Positions 16,049-25,437 of a stretch of DNA of 61,030 bases are shown here, in pieces. The DNA is from a virus. The notes below the pieces were generated by a model, which searched no databases, was not told the origin of the DNA, and was given only the letters and a program-made list of their open reading frames with translations. The stretch spans positions 1-61,030 of IMG/VR virus record IMGVR_UViG_3300045942_000039. The stretch is one strand, 5' to 3'. The first letter of the stretch is position 1. The number at the start of each line of letters is the position of its first letter. A program made the translations under genes and the position numbers.

Positions 16049-17205
16049 GTAGTCACCCGGCGTGGCTGCGCCGACACCTTGGCCCAGTCGTTCGCGAGAG
16101 TCGTGTTGATCTCGAGGAGCCGCAGCCGGTTCTCGGCGGTGCCCACACCTGGGTCGTCTTTCGTCGAGACGCGCGCGTAGTCACCAGCGCTGACGTCACT
16201 GATCTTCGTCGCGCCTGACTTGCGGACCTCGAACGACCACGTTTCGAGCACGCGATCGCCGGTGAGTACGGCCTGGTCGGCGTACTGCTGCAGCACGGGC
16301 AGGTTGATCACCGACGAGCGGTCTTCGCTGGTCTCCATGCGCCGCACGAGCGGGTCCATGTTCGGGCGCACGGCTTTCGCCATGAGCGGTTCCGCGTCGA
16401 CGCCCGGAGATCCTTCGTCCTCGGGCACGGATCCGGTCTGGTAGTTGTCGGTCGCGAGCACGGTGGCGTCGCGCGTGATCGACGCGCCGCGGATGTCAGG
16501 GCGCGGGATGCCGGTCATGTCCCACTTGTGGTCGGCGCCGGGAGCCTGGCTGATCTCGGGCTTGCCCGTGGTCATCACCCACTCGATGTGCGTGCGCTCG
16601 GGGTTGGCGTACCGCGGCTTGAACATGATGTCGGGGCCGCCGAGCACCTCGGACAGCTGCTGCAGCTTCTCGTCGAGCACGTGGAGGTCGGAGGCGCGGT
16701 AGGTGCGCTCGTTGTCGCCGAGAACGTCGGCCTCGAACACCAGCGGAACGGATCCGTTCGTCCACCCCTGAGCCTGCTGCACCAGGCGCTTCGCGATCGT
16801 CCCGAGGGAGAGCCCCGTGTAGCGGGTCTGCTTTCCCGAGGGCAGGCTGTTCTTGTCGGCGTCGACGAGCAGGGGGATGACGTAGCGGTACTGGAAGTAC
16901 GAGCGCAGCCCGGCGGCGTTGAGCGTCAACCGCTGCTTGTCGAACGCGTAGGAGTCGGTCCAGATCGGACCCGCGTTGCGGATTACGCCGTCTTCGTCCC
17001 ACGCGAGGTACGACTGCGCGGGGAGGAGCAGGGAGCGGATCGCCACGACCTTGTCGGAGCCGGGCACCTTCATCGGCAGGGGGATCGTCGCGCCGATCGA
17101 CCCCGCGGCGCCGAGTGTTTCGTTGCAGTTGCCGGCCGCCGCGGGGATGTTTCGCACGCGGATGAGGCCCGTGCTGAGGTCGCCCCCGAAGATCGTCACC
17201 GTCAC
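16045..17205 (-). CDS. minor tail protein (baseplate/Tal-like)
   Basis: ORF track 386 aa; position downstream of TMP and Dit-like gene. Confidence 0.6.
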   Translation of the reverse strand: MTVTIFGGDLSTGLIRVRNIPAAAGNCNETLGAAGSIGATIPLPMKVPGSDKVVAIRSLLLPAQSYLAWDEDGVIRNAGPIWTDSYAFDKQRLTLNAAGLRSYFQYRYVIPLLVDADKNSLPSGKQTRYTGLSLGTIAKRLVQQAQGWTNGSVPLVFEADVLGDNERTYRASDLHVLDEKLQQLSEVLGGPDIMFKPRYANPERTHIEWVMTTGKPEISQAPGADHKWDMTGIPRPDIRGASITRDATVLATDNYQTGSVPEDEGSPGVDAEPLMAKAVRPNMDPLVRRMETSEDRSSVINLPVLQQYADQAVLTGDRVLETWSFEVRKSGATKISDVSAGDYARVSTKDDPGVGTAENRLRLLEINTTLANDWAKVSAQPRRVTT

Positions 17206-17206
17206 G

Positions 17207-18286
17207 CTATTTCGTCACTTTCCACTCGGTGCCGGTCCAGGTCTTGACCTTCGCGATCTTCCAGGCCCCGGCAGCCGTCCAGACTTTCCACAGGGCAGTC
17301 TTCCACGCGGATCCGGTCCACGCTTTGCCCCCTGCAGGCATGAGGAACGGGCCCGCAAACGCCCAGTACCCGGTGTTGTCGACGTTGTTCGCCCGCACGC
17401 TGAGATAGAACGTCGACCCGGGCTTGATCTGGTCGTTGCCGGTGAATGTCTGGGAGCGCGCCGCGGCGTCGACGTCCTGCTGGGTGACTCCGGTCGTGAA
17501 GTCGGACGACGTCGACAGGCGCGTGGTGAAGCTCGAGATCGGCTTGCCGCCCGTGTCCGCCGGCGCGGTCCACGAGAGAGTGACCTTGTCGGGCGGAACG
17601 ATAACAACCTGCGGGTCGCCGGGAGCCGCGGGGTTCGATCCGAGCGTGCGACCCGACACGACGCCCGACCAGGGGCCCGCGCCGTTGTCGTTGACGCCTC
17701 GAGCGCGGAAGAACACCTCGGCGCCGGGGTTGAGGCCGGTCGCGTAGTAGGTGCCGTCGCTGGCGGCGACGCCGACGGGGAACGACGGGTCGTACGCGGC
17801 CTGCACCTCCCACCGACGAATCGGAGCGCCACCGTCGTAGTTTCCCGAGAAGCGGTAACGGAGGCTGGTCGTCGTGGGCTGGTCCACACCGATCGGGGTG
17901 GGAGCGTCGGGCGCGCGCGTGATTCGCGGCAGCTGGATTCCCGAGTTGACCTCGGTGTAACCCATCTGGTCGACGTTGGCCGAGCCCTTGATGGAGAAGT
18001 ACCGGTTGCCGTTGGCGTCGTGGTACAGCTGATCGATGTAGACGTCGCACAGTTGAAGCTCGTCGCTGTTGCGGAAGTCGTAGGAGAAGCTGTTTCCGGC
18101 GCGCTGCACACCGTCGAGGCTGAACGCGTACGACGAGTTGTTGCTACCGGACCACGTAGGCGAGTAGCTGTTCTTGCGGATCCACATGCGTCCGCGCGCG
18201 GCCGAACGGTTCTCGGCGTAGAACGTCTGCGTGTCGACCTGCTCCTCGAGGCGGAACGGCCGGTTGGGGAAATTGCTCGAGACCAT
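17207..18286 (-). CDS. minor tail protein with two fibronectin-III-like repeats
   Basis: APDAPTPIGVDQPTTTSLRYRF...W and AAPGDPQVVIVPPDKVTLSWTAPADTGGKPISSF motifs. Confidence 0.7.
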   Translation of the reverse strand: MVSSNFPNRPFRLEEQVDTQTFYAENRSAARGRMWIRKNSYSPTWSGSNNSSYAFSLDGVQRAGNSFSYDFRNSDELQLCDVYIDQLYHDANGNRYFSIKGSANVDQMGYTEVNSGIQLPRITRAPDAPTPIGVDQPTTTSLRYRFSGNYDGGAPIRRWEVQAAYDPSFPVGVAASDGTYYATGLNPGAEVFFRARGVNDNGAGPWSGVVSGRTLGSNPAAPGDPQVVIVPPDKVTLSWTAPADTGGKPISSFTTRLSTSSDFTTGVTQQDVDAAARSQTFTGNDQIKPGSTFYLSVRANNVDNTGYWAFAGPFLMPAGGKAWTGSAWKTALWKVWTAAGAWKIAKVKTWTGTEWKVTK

Positions 18287-18287
18287 G

Positions 18288-18959
18288 TCAGCTGCCGTCG
18301 ACCCAGATGTCGCCGACAGAGGGCGACGACGGGGCGGACCCGTTGAAATTCACGGTGATCTTCTTGCCGCTGATCTTGCCGGCGTTGATGTTCTCCGGGT
18401 CGGTGATCTGCGAGGCCGACACCGAGCCGATGTTGATGCTCGTGCGCGCCGGCGGGTTCGTGATGGCCGTGCCGAGTGCCGTGTTCCCGGCTCCGGCGGG
18501 CACGAGCTTTCGGCCGAGCTCGAGCGCACCCGTGGGGAGAGCCGGAAGAGACGGGGTGGACGCCGGCGTGCCCTGGACTACGTCGATGCGCGGGTCGCCA
18601 GTCTCGCTGAGCTCGTAGTCGGGCTGCACGATGTAGACCCGGTCGATGCGCGAGAGCGTCGAGTGCCCGGTCGCGGTCGGGATGTCCAGCTGATCGGGCG
18701 TGCCAAGGATGTACGCGCCCTGCCCGGTGCGGGTCGTGACGGCATAGCCCGCGCGCACGACGTACTTCATCTCGCTCGAGGACGTGAGCACCTCGAGCGG
18801 GACGTAGCTGCCTTCCTGCGCGTTCAGGACGCCGGCGACGGGCACGCCGGGGGCCGTCTGCCGGAGCAGGGCCGCGAGGATGCGCCGCATGGAGCTCGCG
18901 GGCGCGCGCTGCGCGGTGTTCGGGGAGTTGACAGCCAGGCCAGGGGCGATTGCAACCAT
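18288..18959 (-). CDS. minor tail protein (223 aa)
   Basis: ORF track; position. Confidence 0.6.
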   Translation of the reverse strand: MVAIAPGLAVNSPNTAQRAPASSMRRILAALLRQTAPGVPVAGVLNAQEGSYVPLEVLTSSSEMKYVVRAGYAVTTRTGQGAYILGTPDQLDIPTATGHSTLSRIDRVYIVQPDYELSETGDPRIDVVQGTPASTPSLPALPTGALELGRKLVPAGAGNTALGTAITNPPARTSINIGSVSASQITDPENINAGKISGKKITVNFNGSAPSSPSVGDIWVDGS

Positions 18960-18962
18960 GGT

Positions 18963-19832
18963 TTACCACCATGCCTCTCGGTACTGGGCGAGCATCGACG
19001 CGTTCGCGTCGGTGGCGCCGATCGGGTTGAAAGCGTAGGACCGCTTCGACTCCGGGAGGATGCTGCTCCACTCGGATCGGGTGAGGTACTCGCCGGTGAC
19101 GTCGTTGCCGTTGAGGAACGCGCGGCCACCGGCGTACGGGTCGAGGAGCACGGACTGTCCGACGGCGAGCGGGCCGCGGTACTCGATGATGTTCGACCCG
19201 GAGATGATCTGGAAGCCGGCGGCGCCGATCATGCCGGTCACGAGGAACCGCGGCCAGGTTTCGGCGGTGCCGCTGTTCGCGAGCTCGACGAGGCCGGTGG
19301 GGGAGAACGGGCCGAAGTCGAGGGTGCCGCCGATGGGGCCGACGAGGGGGAAGGTGAGGCCGTTCTTGTTGCTCACGCCGGGGGCGTCCGCGCGCTGCTC
19401 AATCGGGGGGCCGTACTTGCGCCCGTCCGCGGCGACGAGCGGGATCAGGAACTTCGCCTTAGTCGCGGTGAACGGGTCGACGCTGATCTGCCCGTTGACG
19501 CGGCACGTGGTGGTGCGCACGCGGCCGCTCAGCGCCGTCACCTGGACGTCGAACCGCGTCCCGAGGGGTGCGAGGCCCGAGATGTCGTCCCAGAGATCCT
19601 CAGCGTCGCTGACGCTGCTCGCCGTGGCGAATCCGGTGATCGACATGACCTTCGATCCGCGGTAGGTCCGCTCGGGGTCGAAGGCGCCGTCGGCCTGGGG
19701 CATGTTCTCGACGTTCGCGGCCACAGGCGGCGACGAGTGCCACCCGGTGAAAGCCTGCAGCTTGAGCTTCTGCCCGCCGGGGCCCGCGTCGGGCGCCGTC
19801 TCGATGCGCTTCCCGAGGAGGTCGATAATCAC
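18963..19832 (-). CDS. distal tail protein (Dit-like)
   Basis: immediately follows the tape measure gene with a 4-nt overlap; size and composition typical. Confidence 0.65.
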   Translation of the reverse strand: MIIDLLGKRIETAPDAGPGGQKLKLQAFTGWHSSPPVAANVENMPQADGAFDPERTYRGSKVMSITGFATASSVSDAEDLWDDISGLAPLGTRFDVQVTALSGRVRTTTCRVNGQISVDPFTATKAKFLIPLVAADGRKYGPPIEQRADAPGVSNKNGLTFPLVGPIGGTLDFGPFSPTGLVELANSGTAETWPRFLVTGMIGAAGFQIISGSNIIEYRGPLAVGQSVLLDPYAGGRAFLNGNDVTGEYLTRSEWSSILPESKRSYAFNPIGATDANASMLAQYREAWW

Positions 19833-22558
19833 GGGGCCACCGCTCCGCCCATTGCGTACTGCACCTTCTGCATGATGATCTCCGCGAGGTTGTCGACGTC
19901 GAGATCCTGGATCTCAGAGCGCTCGACCTTGACCTCGATCGTGATGGGTGCGGAGCCCGTCGACGACCCGGGGCTCGCCGATGACCACGGCGGCGTTCCG
20001 TACGTCCCCGTGTTCGCGTTGATGCTCCACGCCGCGGTAAGCGCCTTCGGATCCGGGATCTCCGGGATCAGGAGCGCCGACGCGCGCTGGATGCTGCGCG
20101 CCTTGTTCTGGATGCCGACTTCCATGCCCTCGCCGGTGTACTCACCGATCTCGACGAACACGCGCGACGGCGAGTGAATCTGCAGCACGTTCTTGGCCCA
20201 GTCGATCGCGCCGTTGACCGTGTCGCTGATCGCGCCGATGACGCCGTCGATCATGGACGTGATGCCGTTGATGAGCCCCTGGATGATGTCGGTTCCGACG
20301 TCGAAGAGCCACTGCCCGGCGCCCGAGAAGAACCCCATGATCTGATCCCAGAGGCCCGACACTGTGGACACGACGGTGTCGATCGCGGAGCGTACGGCGT
20401 TCACGATGTTGTTCCACACGTCGGTCAGGAACGACGAGATCGCCGACCACGTGCTGTTCCAGATGCTCGAGATCGTGTTGACGGCGTTCGTGATCGCGTT
20501 CTGCACGGACTGCACAATCGGCGTGATGAACGACACGATGGCGTTCCAGATCGTCGTGAAGAAGTCCGAGATCGCCTGCCACACGGTGTTCCACGTCGAC
20601 GAGACCATCTCGACGTACGCGGTGATGTACGCCGCGAGCCAGGCAGCAATCGGCGTGATGAAGTCGACGATGCCGTTCCAGACGCCGACGAAGAACGACG
20701 ACACGGCCTCCCACACGCCCGTCCAGAACGACACGAGGCCGGTGATGTAGTTCGTGATCATTTCGACGATGAACGTCACGATGGGCGTCAGGAAGGCAAC
20801 GATCGCGTTCCACACGGTCGTGACGACGTCGACGATCGCGTTCCAGATCGTCACCATGACCGCGGCGAAGATCAGGAAGATGTTCTGCCATGTCTCGATG
20901 TAGACGCGGATCAGCGTCGCGATGAACTCGAAGATCGGCGTGAGGAAGCCGACGATGCCGTTCCAGATGTCCATGAACGTCGTGCTGACGGCCGTCCACA
21001 CGCCGATGAAGAACGACGACACGTTGGTCCAGGCGTCGGTGAAGAACGACACGATGCCGCCGACGACGGTGGTCACGAACGAGGAGATGTTGTTCCACGT
21101 GTCGGTGAAGAACGACGCGAGCGCTCCGAAGACGGTCGTGGCGACGTTGACGATGTTCGTCCACGCCTCGCCGAGGAAGCGGGAGAACTCGGCCCAGATT
21201 GCCTGCCCGAGCTCGGTCTGCGTGAAGAAGTAGATCAGCGCGCCGACGAGGAGCATGATGATCGCGACGATCTTGATGATCGGGTTCGCTTCCATCACCG
21301 CGTTGAAGATGCCCTGCGCGACGGCGCCGGCTTTCGCGGCTCCGGCCTGGACCGTGGTCGCGCCGGTGAGGACGCTCTGCGCCGCGGCAGCGCCGGCGGA
21401 TGCCAGCTTCCAGCCGTTGATGAACGCGGTGACGCCGGAGATGACGGTCATGAGCGCGCTGATGCCGGTCGCGATCTTGCCGACGACGATGAGCACGGGG
21501 CCCGCGGCGATCGCGATGCCTGCGAACGCGAGCGCGGCGCCCTTGGCTTCGGGGGAGAGCGACTGGAACCAGTTGAGGACGTCGCGGACGCCGTTGACGA
21601 TCGTGCGGAAGGTGTCGGCCAGCACGCGTCCGATGTCGGCCGCCGCGGCCTTCATCTCGGGCGACTTGAACATGGCGGTGAGCTCGCCGAAGACCTCTTT
21701 CAGCTGGGGGTAGACCTCGTTGAGCGCCGTCGCTCCGAGGTTCGAGAACGAGGTCTTGAGGTTGGCGAGCGCGCCCTGCGCGGTGTCGCCGCTCTTGAGC
21801 GCCGCGCCCGCGACGTTCTTCTCGAGGATGTCTTTGAACTGAGCCGCCGAGATGTCGCCCTTCGACACCATGTCCTGGATCTCGGTCGCGGTCTTCCCGA
21901 ACTCCTTCTGCAGCATCGGCAGGACAAAGAGACCGTTCTCGGTCATCTGGGTCATCATGCCGACGGTGAGCTTGCCGGCGCCGTCGACCTGCGTGAGCAT
22001 GTTCGCCATCGACCCGAAGTCGGTGTTAGCGCGGGTCGCGGAGTCGCCGATGAGGGTCAGCTGGCGCGTGAGCTCCTGACCAGGTGCGATGCCGGATGCC
22101 AGAGCGGCTCCGGCCCACGTGCCCGCGTCCTGCAGAGCGAACGCGGTGCCCTCGACGGACTTGAGCACGTCGGTGCCGATGATCCGCCCGGCCTCCTCGG
22201 AGCTATACCCGAGGGATTCGATCTGCTTCGTCGCGTTCTCGATCGAGGTGAGGCGCCCCCAGCCGCCGGCAATCGCGATGCCACCGAGTGCACCGGCCGC
22301 GCCGACGGCTGGGAGGGTGATGCCCTTCGTGAGCTTGCCGCCCACGGATTCGGCCATCTTGGCGACGGAGTCGAACCCCTTCGAGATGTCCGCCCCCATG
22401 TCGGACACCTTCGCCCAGGCGGAGCGAGCCTTACGAGACTCGTCCTCCTGCTGCTGACGGAACTTCTCGGACGCCTTCTGAGCGTCGTTGAACGCCTTGA
22501 TGATGCTGGTCGGATCGCCCTGCAGATCCGCAGTCACCACGAGGACCGTCGTGCTCAC
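19829..22558 (-). CDS. tape measure protein
   Basis: 909 aa; Ala/Gly-rich helical N-terminus, long hydrophobic repeat core (WNAIV/FITPI repeats); follows the G/GT chaperones. Confidence 0.9.
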   Translation of the reverse strand: MSTTVLVVTADLQGDPTSIIKAFNDAQKASEKFRQQQEDESRKARSAWAKVSDMGADISKGFDSVAKMAESVGGKLTKGITLPAVGAAGALGGIAIAGGWGRLTSIENATKQIESLGYSSEEAGRIIGTDVLKSVEGTAFALQDAGTWAGAALASGIAPGQELTRQLTLIGDSATRANTDFGSMANMLTQVDGAGKLTVGMMTQMTENGLFVLPMLQKEFGKTATEIQDMVSKGDISAAQFKDILEKNVAGAALKSGDTAQGALANLKTSFSNLGATALNEVYPQLKEVFGELTAMFKSPEMKAAAADIGRVLADTFRTIVNGVRDVLNWFQSLSPEAKGAALAFAGIAIAAGPVLIVVGKIATGISALMTVISGVTAFINGWKLASAGAAAAQSVLTGATTVQAGAAKAGAVAQGIFNAVMEANPIIKIVAIIMLLVGALIYFFTQTELGQAIWAEFSRFLGEAWTNIVNVATTVFGALASFFTDTWNNISSFVTTVVGGIVSFFTDAWTNVSSFFIGVWTAVSTTFMDIWNGIVGFLTPIFEFIATLIRVYIETWQNIFLIFAAVMVTIWNAIVDVVTTVWNAIVAFLTPIVTFIVEMITNYITGLVSFWTGVWEAVSSFFVGVWNGIVDFITPIAAWLAAYITAYVEMVSSTWNTVWQAISDFFTTIWNAIVSFITPIVQSVQNAITNAVNTISSIWNSTWSAISSFLTDVWNNIVNAVRSAIDTVVSTVSGLWDQIMGFFSGAGQWLFDVGTDIIQGLINGITSMIDGVIGAISDTVNGAIDWAKNVLQIHSPSRVFVEIGEYTGEGMEVGIQNKARSIQRASALLIPEIPDPKALTAAWSINANTGTYGTPPWSSASPGSSTGSAPITIEVKVERSEIQDLDVDNLAEIIMQKVQYAMGGAVAP

Positions 22559-22564
22559 GGGGTC

Positions 22565-23289
22565 TCACTTTCTTTTCGCCGCCTGCATCCGCTCTTCCTG
22601 CTCGGCGTTCTCGATGGTGTAGAGCGCCGACCAGAGCGCGAGCTCGTACTCGGATATGGGGTTGTAGGCGTCGGACCCGTAGAGCAGTTCGTCGAGCGTC
22701 CGCCCTAGCTCACGGGCGAGGGAGAGGAGGAACCGAGTGCGCCCGTCGAGGGCGACTCTTTTCCCGGCTCCGAGTTGCTCCCGTTCACGATCGAGATGGC
22801 CTGCATGATCACCGCGAGGTCGGACATCGGCATCGCCGAGAGCTCCTCATCGGTCCAGTCCTCGAAGACCTTCTCGGTGCGGTTCTCGGGGTCGAAGCAC
22901 ATGAGGCGGAGCATGTTGTTGTTCAGCTGCGTGGGGTCGAGCTCCGACGGGTCGTCGCCGTCGCGCGACATCGCCCGGATCTCGTCCATCTGCCCGGCCT
23001 GCAGGCCCTTGACGTAGACCTGCTCGCCGTCGTCGAACTGGGCGATGGCGTCTTTCACGCGGCGCTTCTTGAGGCGGTCGCTGAGGCGCGCACGCGCGGC
23101 TTCGGGAACAGCGGAGGGGGTGGGTTCCGCCGGAAGCGCCTCGGAGACGGGCTGGGCGGGGGCAGGAATCGTCGGAAACGTCTGCTCGGGGGTGGTGGGG
23201 GGTTCGGCAGCCACGGGCGCCTGTACGACGTGCTCGACGTCGGCGGGGATGACGCCTACGGCAGTGCCGGCGGGAAATTCGGTGGACAT
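22565..23289 (-). CDS. tail assembly chaperone GT (product of -1 frameshift at 22759..22765)
   Basis: the -1 frame is open from the slippery site to TGA at 22565..22567 and encodes ...GRTLDELLYGSDAYNPISEYELALWSALYTIENAEQEERMQAAKRK. Confidence 0.7.
22705..23289 (-). CDS. tail assembly chaperone G
   Basis: ORF track 194 aa between the tail tube and tape measure genes. Confidence 0.8.
   Translation of the reverse strand: MSTEFPAGTAVGVIPADVEHVVQAPVAAEPPTTPEQTFPTIPAPAQPVSEALPAEPTPSAVPEAARARLSDRLKKRRVKDAIAQFDDGEQVYVKGLQAGQMDEIRAMSRDGDDPSELDPTQLNNNMLRLMCFDPENRTEKVFEDWTDEELSAMPMSDLAVIMQAISIVNGSNSEPGKESPSTGALGSSSPSPVS
22759..22765 (-). other. -1 programmed frameshift slippery heptamer G_GGA_AAA
   Basis: plus-strand ttttccc; in the correct X_XXY_YYZ phase of the G frame. 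Confidence 0.7.
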
Positions 23290-23316
23290 GGTTCCTCCTG
23301 GTTAGGGATGGGTGGT

Positions 23317-23341
23317 GGGGCGCCGCGGTGTGCGACGCCCC
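23317..23341 (-). terminator. hairpin GGGGCG/CGCCCC after the tail tube genes (attenuator candidate)
   Basis: 6-bp G+C stem with a 13-nt loop between 23351 and 23289. Confidence 0.35.
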
Positions 23342-23350
23342 GGGGGTGGC

Positions 23351-23785
23351 TTACGCGAAGACGCCGTCGTCGTTCGGGCCCGTGCGCTGGAACTCGATCG
23401 ACGCGGTGACGATGTCGCCGACGGGGGCGGACCAGTTGTACGCGGTGATGATCGTCTCGCGCTGCGTGCGCGGCTTGCCCGACTTGTTGCCCGCGGGGCC
23501 GATGACGAGCGTGCACGTCTCGAGGGTGCCCGCGTTCATCGCGTCGATGAGCGCGATCATGTGCGTGTGAAGGGCGATGTCGAAGTTGCCCGAGATCGAC
23601 GCGGTCTCGTCGTTCAGGCCCATGACGTACGTCTTGGCGCCCTTGGTCGCGCCGAAGGTCGTCGTCTCGGCCGTGTCGATCGACCGGTCGGCGCTGGCCT
23701 CCTTGAGGTACGTCGACAGCGGCACGAGCGTGCCGGAGGCGTCGTCGAAGGCAACGTACGTGTTCTTACCGTGGATTCCGGGCAT
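23351..23785 (-). CDS. tail tube protein paralog, short form (144 aa)
   Basis: N-terminus MPGIHGKNTYVAF...SADRSIDTAETTTFGA..GAKTYV aligns by eye with the neighbouring 242-aa protein. Confidence 0.65.
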   Translation of the reverse strand: MPGIHGKNTYVAFDDASGTLVPLSTYLKEASADRSIDTAETTTFGATKGAKTYVMGLNDETASISGNFDIALHTHMIALIDAMNAGTLETCTLVIGPAGNKSGKPRTQRETIITAYNWSAPVGDIVTASIEFQRTGPNDDGVFA

Positions 23786-23786
23786 C

Positions 23787-24515
23787 TCATGCTCCTCGTC
23801 GTGCGATCGCCACTCGGGCGGTTACGGCGCCGGCGGATCCGGCGAGAATGACCTGCACGCGGGCGTAGCGCTGCAGGGCGGTCGTGGATTCGCGGCTGAT
23901 GGCGTCCAGCTGGCCGGCCGGGACGGTGAAGGTGTCGTAGTCGACCCACGTGGAATTGTTCGCGGAGTGCTGCACGCGGAGGGTGACGAGACCGTTTCGA
24001 CCGTTCGCAACCACGTGGTAATGCAGGCGCGCGCCGATGCCGGGGGCGCCGAGGTCGACGCTCGCGCCGTTCACGGATGCCGCGCTGTAGTCGGCCTTCG
24101 TGGTGAGCATCTTGCCGAGCTCGATGGGCCCGTCGGCCTGGAAATCGCCGGAGGACGACACGACGTCGGCGACCGGGGAGGAGATGTTGATGCCGGTGGA
24201 GAGGATCGAGCCCATCTCGGCGATGCGTCCCGCCTCGAAGCCGCGGTCGGGGCCGACGGTGAACGGGGCGCCGAGGTCGAGGTCGGCGATACCGCCGATG
24301 CGCGAGCGGACGGAGTCGATCTTGCCGGACTCGATGCCCGACCATGAGAACGTCGCGTCCTGGCCGCCGAGCACGTAGGTCTTGGCGCCGCCGGGCTCGT
24401 CGAAGCACGTGGTCTCCGCGGTGTCGAAGCTGCGATCAGCCGACACCTCCTTGAGGGAGCGCGTGATGTCGTACTGCCCGAGGGCGACGTTCGTGTTCTT
24501 GCCGTGAATCGGCAT
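23787..24515 (-). CDS. major tail (tube) protein, long form (242 aa)
   Basis: MPIHGKNTNVAL...SADRSFDTAETTCFDEPGGAKTYV; position upstream of the chaperones. Confidence 0.7.
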   Translation of the reverse strand: MPIHGKNTNVALGQYDITRSLKEVSADRSFDTAETTCFDEPGGAKTYVLGGQDATFSWSGIESGKIDSVRSRIGGIADLDLGAPFTVGPDRGFEAGRIAEMGSILSTGINISSPVADVVSSSGDFQADGPIELGKMLTTKADYSAASVNGASVDLGAPGIGARLHYHVVANGRNGLVTLRVQHSANNSTWVDYDTFTVPAGQLDAISRESTTALQRYARVQVILAGSAGAVTARVAIARRGA

Positions 24516-24727
24516 CAGGCGTCCACTCCCGGCGCGCTGGCGTCCACCGCGGCATCCGTGGCGTCCACCTCGAGCGCTTTCGTGTCCTGTTCGACCTTCT
24601 CGAGCACGCCTTCGCGCACCAGGAAGTCGCGATCGCGCTTCGGCAGCGCGGAGTCGTCGATGGTGTCGCCGGCGTCGACGCGCGTACCGTCCGGGCCGTA
24701 GTTGAACCCGCGAGTGGCTGTGAGCAT
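24515..24727 (-). CDS. hypothetical protein (70 aa)
   Basis: ORF track; 1-nt overlap with the tail tube gene start. Confidence 0.55.
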   Translation of the reverse strand: MLTATRGFNYGPDGTRVDAGDTIDDSALPKRDRDFLVREGVLEKVEQDTKALEVDATDAAVDASAPGVDA

Positions 24728-24769
24728 GGCTCCTCCTCGCGGTCGAGACTAGGAGCGCTCGCCCCCCCG

Positions 24770-25024
24770 TTACTGACCCGACACGCCGCCATCCGGGTCG
24801 TCGAGGTCCGTCTCGCAGTCGAGGCAGAAGCTCGGCATACTCGGCGCGCGGTGCTCGTGCGGGCATCCCTGCTGCTCGGTCTCCATGACCAGCGCGGCGT
24901 CCTCGGGCCAGTTCTTCGCGATCAGCATCCGAGCCGTGGCGATCGTGCCCATGGCAGTGTCGAGCGCCAGGAGCACTTCGTCACGGGTGAGGACCGTCGG
25001 GTCGCTCGGGGTCTGGTTGCTCAC
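24770..25024 (-). CDS. hypothetical protein (84 aa, CPHEH...CLDC)
   Basis: ORF track. Confidence 0.55.
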   Translation of the reverse strand: MSNQTPSDPTVLTRDEVLLALDTAMGTIATARMLIAKNWPEDAALVMETEQQGCPHEHRAPSMPSFCLDCETDLDDPDGGVSGQ

Positions 25025-25437
25025 GAGCTCTCCTCTTCGTAGCCCAGCATGACCGACACCTCGAAGGTGTAGTCCGTCCGCATCTTCGAGTCTTTGCGGA
25101 GCCGCTCAGGGTAGGCCAACGGCTGCACGCGCACGAAGTGGGTTTCGCCGTAGGTCTCGTTCACCAGCCGGTTCGTGGTCCGCCAGACGTCGACGGCAGC
25201 GTCGTACGCCTCCTTCGGCTTGTTCGGCTCCGACCGCACGACAACGGTGAGGTTCGGGCGTCCGCTGATCGACGTGTAGGTCTCGTCAATCGGGCCGGGC
25301 CGGGCCACCAGGCCCACGCAGAGGTCGTCGGTGCTGTCGTCGTCTTCGGGAGGGCCGATGACGATGCTCCGCCCGTTCTCGAGCGGCGTCGACGCGTGCT
25401 CGATGATGTAGTCGGCCAGGTCGCTGTGCCAGGTCAC
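25021..25437 (-). CDS. neck / tail-terminator candidate (138 aa)
   Basis: position between the gp10-like gene and the tail tube genes. Confidence 0.5.
   Translation of the reverse strand: MTWHSDLADYIIEHASTPLENGRSIVIGPPEDDDSTDDLCVGLVARPGPIDETYTSISGRPNLTVVVRSEPNKPKEAYDAAVDVWRTTNRLVNETYGETHFVRVQPLAYPERLRKDSKMRTDYTFEVSVMLGYEEESS

Noticed and set aside
17215-19071. Minus-strand 618-aa Arg/Pro-rich ORF, together with many other Arg-rich alternative-frame ORFs in the track.
   Set aside because: It is out of frame with the FN3-containing and minor tail genes that have recognisable domains, and its composition is that of an off-frame reading of G+C-rich coding sequence.
16976-22708. Very long plus-strand ORFs (456, 648 and 844 aa); similar ones occur elsewhere, for example 5172-6299, 28330-29967, 45846-47324, 52462-53901 and 55990-57696.
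   Set aside because: Their translations are Arg/Gly/Asp/Val-rich and of low complexity. They lie exactly antisense to well-supported tail, capsid, metK and terminase genes. They are typical shadow ORFs of high-G+C DNA, and no SD or promoter context supports them.
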